Shown: positions 27,632 through 32,000 of the stretch, in pieces | How the letters are laid out: every line of letters starts with the position of its first letter | How positions within the stretch are numbered: position 1 is the stretch's first letter | DNA from: Candidatus Nitrosopumilus koreensis AR1 | GTDB taxonomy: Archaea; Thermoproteota; Nitrososphaeria; Nitrososphaerales; Nitrosopumilaceae | Direction: 5' to 3' | Length of the DNA: 32,000 bases | Assembly (NCBI RefSeq): GCF_000299365.1 | Contig: NC_018655.1 | Coordinates: 810,001 to 842,000, forward strand | Program-made: the position numbers and the translations under genes | The notes under the pieces: model-generated | Told to the model about the DNA's origin: nothing | What the model saw: the letters and a program-made list of their open reading frames with translations, nothing else | Database searches by the model: none

Positions 27632-27835
27632 ATGACTGAATGTCCCACATGCAAACTTGCAATGGAATCACATTCAACATCTGAGTTAATGGAATGTTGT
27701 ATGAAACAAGTAGGAGATGAGTTCACTGAAAAACAAGAGGGAATTTGTCCTAATTGTAAACACGATATAAAGAAACACTTAGACAAAGAACTTGCAGAAT
27801 GTACCATCGAATATCTAAAATCAGGAATCCAATAA
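27632..27835 (+). CDS. small zinc-ribbon-like protein (67 aa)
   Basis: TECPTCKLAMESH ... GICPNCKHDIKKH, two CPxCK knuckles. Confidence 0.75.
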   Translation: MTECPTCKLAMESHSTSELMECCMKQVGDEFTEKQEGICPNCKHDIKKHLDKELAECTIEYLKSGIQ

Positions 27836-27875
27836 TTCAGATAGGATTAAACAGTAGAAAAATCAAAAAACGGCA

Positions 27876-28466
27876 TTGAATCAAACAACAAAATCATTAA
27901 TTGAAAAATTTTCTCCAATGTGGACTAATAAACAGATATGGGAATTTGATCAATTAAACGAAGATTTGAGATTTGATGCAATGTATGTCAAACCTCAAAA
28001 TTACGATGACTCATTGTGGAAGTCAAAATCATCCTTTCTCAATTCAGAAATACGAGACACAATAGTAAGAACATTTGATCATATGATTGATGGTGAGGAA
28101 TTATGGATTTCAAATGTGAATGAAAGAAAAATTGATGAAAAGTATGTGCCTTATCTCATGGCAGTAATGGCAGATGTGATGATTGAAGAAGAGATTTGCC
28201 TTAATTTTAGAATTGAGAATGAATGTTTTGTCTCATCGATTGATTCAGATGCAGATGTGATTGATTGTAAGGAATTTTTTGAAGAATTTTATCATTTAGC
28301 GACCGGTTTTAATTATGAACAAGACACAGGCATACCACAAGATGAAAATGAAGCAGAGATATACTTAACAAGACTTCAAGAGGAGTTCGATGAGAAGATG
28401 AAAGGTATTTTGGGAGACAAATACCTGCCTGGAAATAATGATCCAGATACAATAAATGCAAAATGA
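27876..28466 (+). CDS. hypothetical acidic protein (196 aa)
   Basis: Long ORF, same strand and spacing as neighbours. Confidence 0.7.
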   Translation: MNQTTKSLIEKFSPMWTNKQIWEFDQLNEDLRFDAMYVKPQNYDDSLWKSKSSFLNSEIRDTIVRTFDHMIDGEELWISNVNERKIDEKYVPYLMAVMADVMIEEEICLNFRIENECFVSSIDSDADVIDCKEFFEEFYHLATGFNYEQDTGIPQDENEAEIYLTRLQEEFDEKMKGILGDKYLPGNNDPDTINAK

Positions 28467-28502
28467 TTCAGCTAAAATACCAGATCATTCATTGATTAAA
28501 CC

Positions 28503-28838
28503 ATGTCTCAAAGAAGACCGTTTAGGAAATTTACAAAAAAAGGACCTTCGTTAACTACCGAACAAAAGGTTGAAAGATTTATTTTAAGAAATTCAGAAAA
28601 TGGGTTTTTTACAAAGGTCACAACAATTCCATACAAATTTGAGATGTCTGAAGGCAAAGCATGGGATATTGTAGGAGAATTATTAGCAAGTGGGAAAATA
28701 GAATCCATACATGATGAATTTTCAGGAGAAATGAAGTTATGCAAAGCAGGTCAAATGTATAGCATAATGAATTCAGAACAAAAAAGAAAAAGACAAAAAT
28801 CAAACAATTTTAAAAAGAAAAAATCAAAAACATCATAA
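28503..28838 (+). CDS. small basic protein, wHTH-like middle (111 aa)
   Basis: Basic termini flank VERFILRNSENGFFTKVTTIPYKFEMSEGKAWDIVGELLASGKIESI; preferred to antisense ORFs 28508..28744 and 28618..28803. Confidence 0.7.
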   Translation: MSQRRPFRKFTKKGPSLTTEQKVERFILRNSENGFFTKVTTIPYKFEMSEGKAWDIVGELLASGKIESIHDEFSGEMKLCKAGQMYSIMNSEQKRKRQKSNNFKKKKSKTS

Positions 28839-28961
28839 AAATTATTTAAACAAATACTTATTTTCAAGAATTAATCTGAAATTTCATGGAGGATGAAAAT
28901 TTGCCTGCACAATGTCATCCCATAATAAAACTAAAAAAGAAAAAACAAGAGATTAAGAAAA

Positions 28962-29111
28962 ATGATACAGTGTAAATTATGCGGGACTCCTTTGGGAAAA
29001 GAACCAACAACAGAAGAGCTAGAAAGGCATTGGAAAAAACACCATAATTGGCATTGGGAATCTAACAAAGATAAATCGCCACAAGAGGCATTGTTGAAGA
29101 AAAGAGATTGA
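28962..29111 (+). CDS. 49-aa zinc-finger-like mini-protein (not in ORF track)
   Basis: MIQCKLCGTPLGKEPTTEELERHWKKHHNWHWESNKDKSPQEALLKKRD; C-x2-C-x15-H-x3-H. Confidence 0.65.
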   Translation: MIQCKLCGTPLGKEPTTEELERHWKKHHNWHWESNKDKSPQEALLKKRD

Positions 29112-29304
29112 CAACGTCTTGGAATAGTGGTCGTTTATAGCATGCCTAGACCACTAATCGAAGGCGTCAACATAACTATGTGGTTGAGATATAAAAGAAC
29201 CAACAGGGGATAATCAAACATTTGTTTAAAAAAAAATCAAAATTAAAGCTAATGTACACAATATCAGACAGACAATTTATCAATTTTGAGCAGCATATAG
29301 TACT

Positions 29305-29442
29305 ATGAGAGATGATTTTGCAGAATACACAAAGTGTACAACATGCGGGAATGCATTACTATATTGTGACTGCAATTGTCCCTATTGTGGAAAAAGAGAA
29401 GCGTGTGAATGTGAGATTTCATCACTAAGTATCACACCCTAA
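29305..29442 (+). CDS. 45-aa Cys-rich mini-protein (not in ORF track)
   Basis: MRDDFAEYTKCTTCGNALLYCDCNCPYCGKREACECEISSLSITP; eight or more Cys, several CxxC/CxC pairs. Confidence 0.65.
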   Translation: MRDDFAEYTKCTTCGNALLYCDCNCPYCGKREACECEISSLSITP

Positions 29443-29530
29443 TTCTCTTTATTTTGAAATTTTTTTTTCAGCTATATACTGCGAAAAAATTAACTTGTGA
29501 TTAGTAATAGGGATTTGGTAATTAAGGCAC

Positions 29531-29764
29531 ATGTCAGTAATAGAGGCATATGATATCAAGGCACGAAAAAAAGTGTCTATGAAAGACCCACAACCATATC
29601 TTATGAAAAATGGATCATGGGCACTAAAAGGAACTAGCTCTGAGACAGGGATCAAATTATTCAAAATTGTTGGAAGAACAAAACCAACAATAACCCAGTC
29701 TAGATTTGAAGCATTCAAAAATCTGTTTACAAGCAGAAAATGTGAATGTGACAAAGATTGCTAG
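29531..29764 (+). CDS. small protein, possible cysteine-less zinc-ribbon relative (DUF5679-like) with C-terminal CxCxxxC
   Basis: MSVIEAYDIKARKKVSMKDPQPYLMKNGSWALKGTSSETGIKLFKIVGRTK ... KCECDKDC. Confidence 0.6.
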   Translation: MSVIEAYDIKARKKVSMKDPQPYLMKNGSWALKGTSSETGIKLFKIVGRTKPTITQSRFEAFKNLFTSRKCECDKDC

Positions 29765-29835
29765 TCATTATTTTTTTCATGGAAAAGTCATGTAAATATT
29801 AGAAAGCATTAATGTGAGATTTTTTTAAGAATTCT

Positions 29836-30303
29836 ATGTCATTTGAGATTGATTGGAGAAAAAATTTTTACGGAATTTCATGGGCTCACGAAAAAGATAG
29901 AATAGTTGTCACAATTGTTTTCGAAGATAAAGATGAAGCTCTTGAAATTTCAAAAAATATTGAAAATTGGAGTGAAAAATTTACTAGAATGACAATTATT
30001 GAAAAAGAAGAAGACGAATTTGCAATTTGTTGTTATCAAGATCCCCAAGTTTCAAAAAGTGACAAGCATATTGGATTATTTAGAACAGGAATGAGGCAAA
30101 GCAGCGGATATAATCAAGTAAAGCCCATTATTGAAGAAAGAGCCCCACTTTTACAAATTGCTTTTGCAGCAGACGCTATAGACATATCAACGTATGAAGA
30201 AATTTCGAAGCTTATCCCAATTAGAAAATTTAGAATAATTAGTGAAAAGGACTTGAAAAAACAAGAATACTATTATGAAAAAATGTCAAACATAGAAGAT
30301 TGA
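29836..30303 (+). CDS. hypothetical protein (155 aa)
   Basis: Long ORF with coherent soluble composition. Confidence 0.7.
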   Translation: MSFEIDWRKNFYGISWAHEKDRIVVTIVFEDKDEALEISKNIENWSEKFTRMTIIEKEEDEFAICCYQDPQVSKSDKHIGLFRTGMRQSSGYNQVKPIIEERAPLLQIAFAADAIDISTYEEISKLIPIRKFRIISEKDLKKQEYYYEKMSNIED

Positions 30304-30666
30304 AAAATGGTAGGATTCAAAAAATTTTGAATCATACCATTTATGGTCGGGTAAAAGATATCATCTGAATTTCATATAAAGAATAACTACTGATTTGTTC
30401 ATATTTTTGATACTGATGAATCGTTCATTCTTGTTAAATAGAAAATTTACCATATTTAATCATGAAAAATAACAATTACAATTCATCATGGGAAGAAGCA
30501 ATTGGTCTTTCATGGTTAATGTCTGATGAAGAACATGCCTGAATTCGTATGTAGTTCATACTGCTGTGTAAAAAAACAAAAAACGCCAACGATACACATT
30601 AGAAAAATCTAAGGGTTTATTTTTTAATTATTGTAAACATAAATTCAATAATCACGAATTGAGAAC

Positions 30667-30837
30667 ATGCACTGCGATGATAAAAGAACACTATTTGTCT
30701 TAAAACAAGGAATTGAAGAGACATGGGATTTGCTAAAAAAATCAGATTTTGCAGATGAAGATTTGATAAAAAAACTCAACAACGAGATACAAGAATATTT
30801 TGAATACAAAAAATATCATAATTTTAGAATTGCTTAA
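30667..30837 (+). CDS. 56-aa hypothetical protein (not in ORF track)
   Basis: MHCDDKRTLFVLKQGIEETWDLLKKSDFADEDLIKKLNNEIQEYFEYKKYHNFRIA; protein-like composition, immediately upstream of 30863 gene. Confidence 0.5.
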   Translation: MHCDDKRTLFVLKQGIEETWDLLKKSDFADEDLIKKLNNEIQEYFEYKKYHNFRIA

Positions 30838-30862
30838 GTAATATTTTGACGTATATTACTGT

Positions 30863-31255
30863 ATGAATTTTGAAAATCTCTTAAAGAGAATAATGGATTC
30901 GGATGTAAACATCAGACACAGTATAATCACAGATACTGAAGGAAACATACTTTCTACAAGTCACAGAGAAGGCATAACAAATTATCTGTCACAAGAAGAA
31001 ACAGAAGCATCTCTAAAAAGAGCAGCACAAGCATGGAAAGGAAGGAAACAGCTCAAGCCAAAAATTGGAAATGGGTTGTATGCAATAGCTGCATTTGAGA
31101 AGATTACAAGAATGACGTTTCCGCTAGGAGAAAACAATCTAATCTTTGTCAGCATGGGTTCAGATACAGTAAGGACAGATCTTCATGAAGGAGGAGAAAA
31201 ACAAATTGTCGAACATGTTCTAAACATACTTAGTCGCGACCCAACTAAAGAATAA
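30863..31255 (+). CDS. conserved-looking hypothetical, possible Roadblock/LC7- or DUF6659-like fold (130 aa)
   Basis: Pattern VNIRHSIITDTEGNILSTSHREG ... GNGLYAIAAFEKITRMTFPLGENNLIFVSMGSD. Confidence 0.7.
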   Translation: MNFENLLKRIMDSDVNIRHSIITDTEGNILSTSHREGITNYLSQEETEASLKRAAQAWKGRKQLKPKIGNGLYAIAAFEKITRMTFPLGENNLIFVSMGSDTVRTDLHEGGEKQIVEHVLNILSRDPTKE

Positions 31256-31270
31256 TCAAAGAAAAATAAA

Positions 31271-31402
31271 TTGTCAACAATAGAACACACCAAAGAATGT
31301 CAATATAGAATGGACAATGATATGCCACATACTAATTGTTATTGTAAATGCCACAAAATCATCATGGCAGATTCTGCCAAAATGGAATCAAGAACTTTTT
31401 AA
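31271..31402 (+). CDS. possible 43-aa Cys/His-rich peptide (TTG start, not in ORF track)
   Basis: LSTIEHTKECQYRMDNDMPHTNCYCKCHKIIMADSAKMESRTF. Confidence 0.35.
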   Translation: MSTIEHTKECQYRMDNDMPHTNCYCKCHKIIMADSAKMESRTF

Positions 31403-31621
31403 TTCTTTTTCAGGCTCAAAATTTTCAATGATTTCAGTCACACGAGACAGAATTGTTTCTTTAATTTGCTCTTGGGTCATACCCGAAGTATGCATGAGTT
31501 TCATTTGATCAAGGAGCGCAAAATGGACTCGTCCTTGAAGATAGTCAACTATTCCATATCCTTGTTTGGGAAATTCTGTTACAAACAAATCATGTTCAGA
31601 TTGATCAGAAGTTTCAGTCAT
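31388..31621 (-). CDS. hypothetical protein (77 aa)
   Basis: ORF MTETSDQSEHDLFVTEFPKQGYGIVDYLQGRVHFALLDQMKLMHTSGMTQEQIKETILSRVTEII. Confidence 0.6.
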   Translation of the reverse strand: MTETSDQSEHDLFVTEFPKQGYGIVDYLQGRVHFALLDQMKLMHTSGMTQEQIKETILSRVTEIIENFEPEKELKSS

Positions 31622-31693
31622 GATGAATTAATTTGTTAAAAACCAGTTATAAAATTTCCAAATACTCATAAAACTATAGAAAAGATTCACCAT

Positions 31694-32000
31694 ATGACAG
31701 AATTTATCCACAAACCATATGACAAAATCTATGTTCGAGACATGATCAAATTGGATTTAGACGATCTTATTGGAATGATGTCTTCACTAGAATCAGCCAA
31801 CGCATATTGGGTTGATGGAGTATTGTTTGCAAGTTTTGCCATGACAGAATCTGAAGAACTGGCAAAAAAAGAGATGCAAAACGAGATGTACCTTGATAAA
31901 ATCATTTTTGCAAAGTATGAAAACTATACCAAGACAGTAAAATCGTCTACTAATCTTGAAATCGGCATTCTAAACATGAGTAAAAGCAAGCTGTACAAGG
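31694..32000 (+). CDS. hypothetical protein, truncated at the right edge
   Basis: ATG 31694 then open to the window end: MTEFIHKPYDKIYVRDMIKLDLDDLIGMMSSLESANAYWVDGVLF... Confidence 0.65.
   Translation, partial: MTEFIHKPYDKIYVRDMIKLDLDDLIGMMSSLESANAYWVDGVLFASFAMTESEELAKKEMQNEMYLDKIIFAKYENYTKTVKSSTNLEIGILNMSKSKLYK

Noticed and set aside
28508-28803. Minus-strand ORFs 28508..28744 and 28618..28803
   Set aside because: Antisense to 28503..28838; low-complexity hydrophobic composition.
31317-31508. Plus-strand 63-aa ORF
   Set aside because: Mostly antisense to 31388..31621; an overlapping frame (31271..31402) has the more protein-like Cys/His pattern.
1-32000. CRISPR arrays, transposons/integrases, rRNA or tRNA genes
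   Set aside because: No regularly spaced direct repeats, no transposase or recombinase motifs, and no convincing tRNA cloverleaf or rRNA sequence seen by eye. A tRNAscan/Infernal run would be needed to exclude small RNA genes formally.

Overview
The window looks like an AT-rich ammonia-oxidising archaeon (Nitrososphaerota / Nitrosopumilus-like) chromosome segment. This is inferred from gene content: archaeal aRF1, PurP, a PEFG-CTERM surface protein, and many small conserved-looking orphans. Housekeeping content: an AMP-forming acyl-CoA synthetase (truncated at the left edge), a tightly packed aspS-gatC-gatA-gatB-orphan operon, purP, HyuA-type hydantoinase, prf1 (aRF1), HIT, DsbA-like protein, ilvD, and an XPD/DinG-like helicase. 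The most interesting segment is 7.8-15.6 kb on the minus strand: CbtB, CbtA, two tandem paralogous winged-helix regulators, a PEFG-CTERM surface protein, an FTR1-family permease with a large extracytoplasmic domain, and HyuA. The PEFG-CTERM protein and the permease share a repeated extracytoplasmic module. Three intergenic regions here carry the same inverted repeat, ATTCTA-N6-TAGAAT, a candidate operator tying the locus together as an undescribed surface metal-acquisition regulon. Also notable: two genes whose coding frames lack a canonical start but are restored by removing one A from an A5 run just after an upstream ATG; several unlisted short Cys/His-rich zinc-finger-like proteins at 25-31 kb, one matching the classical C2H2 consensus; a possible cysteine-stripped zinc-ribbon relative; and long inverted repeats in a gene-poor gap near 27 kb. 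No rRNA, tRNA, CRISPR array or transposase was recognised.
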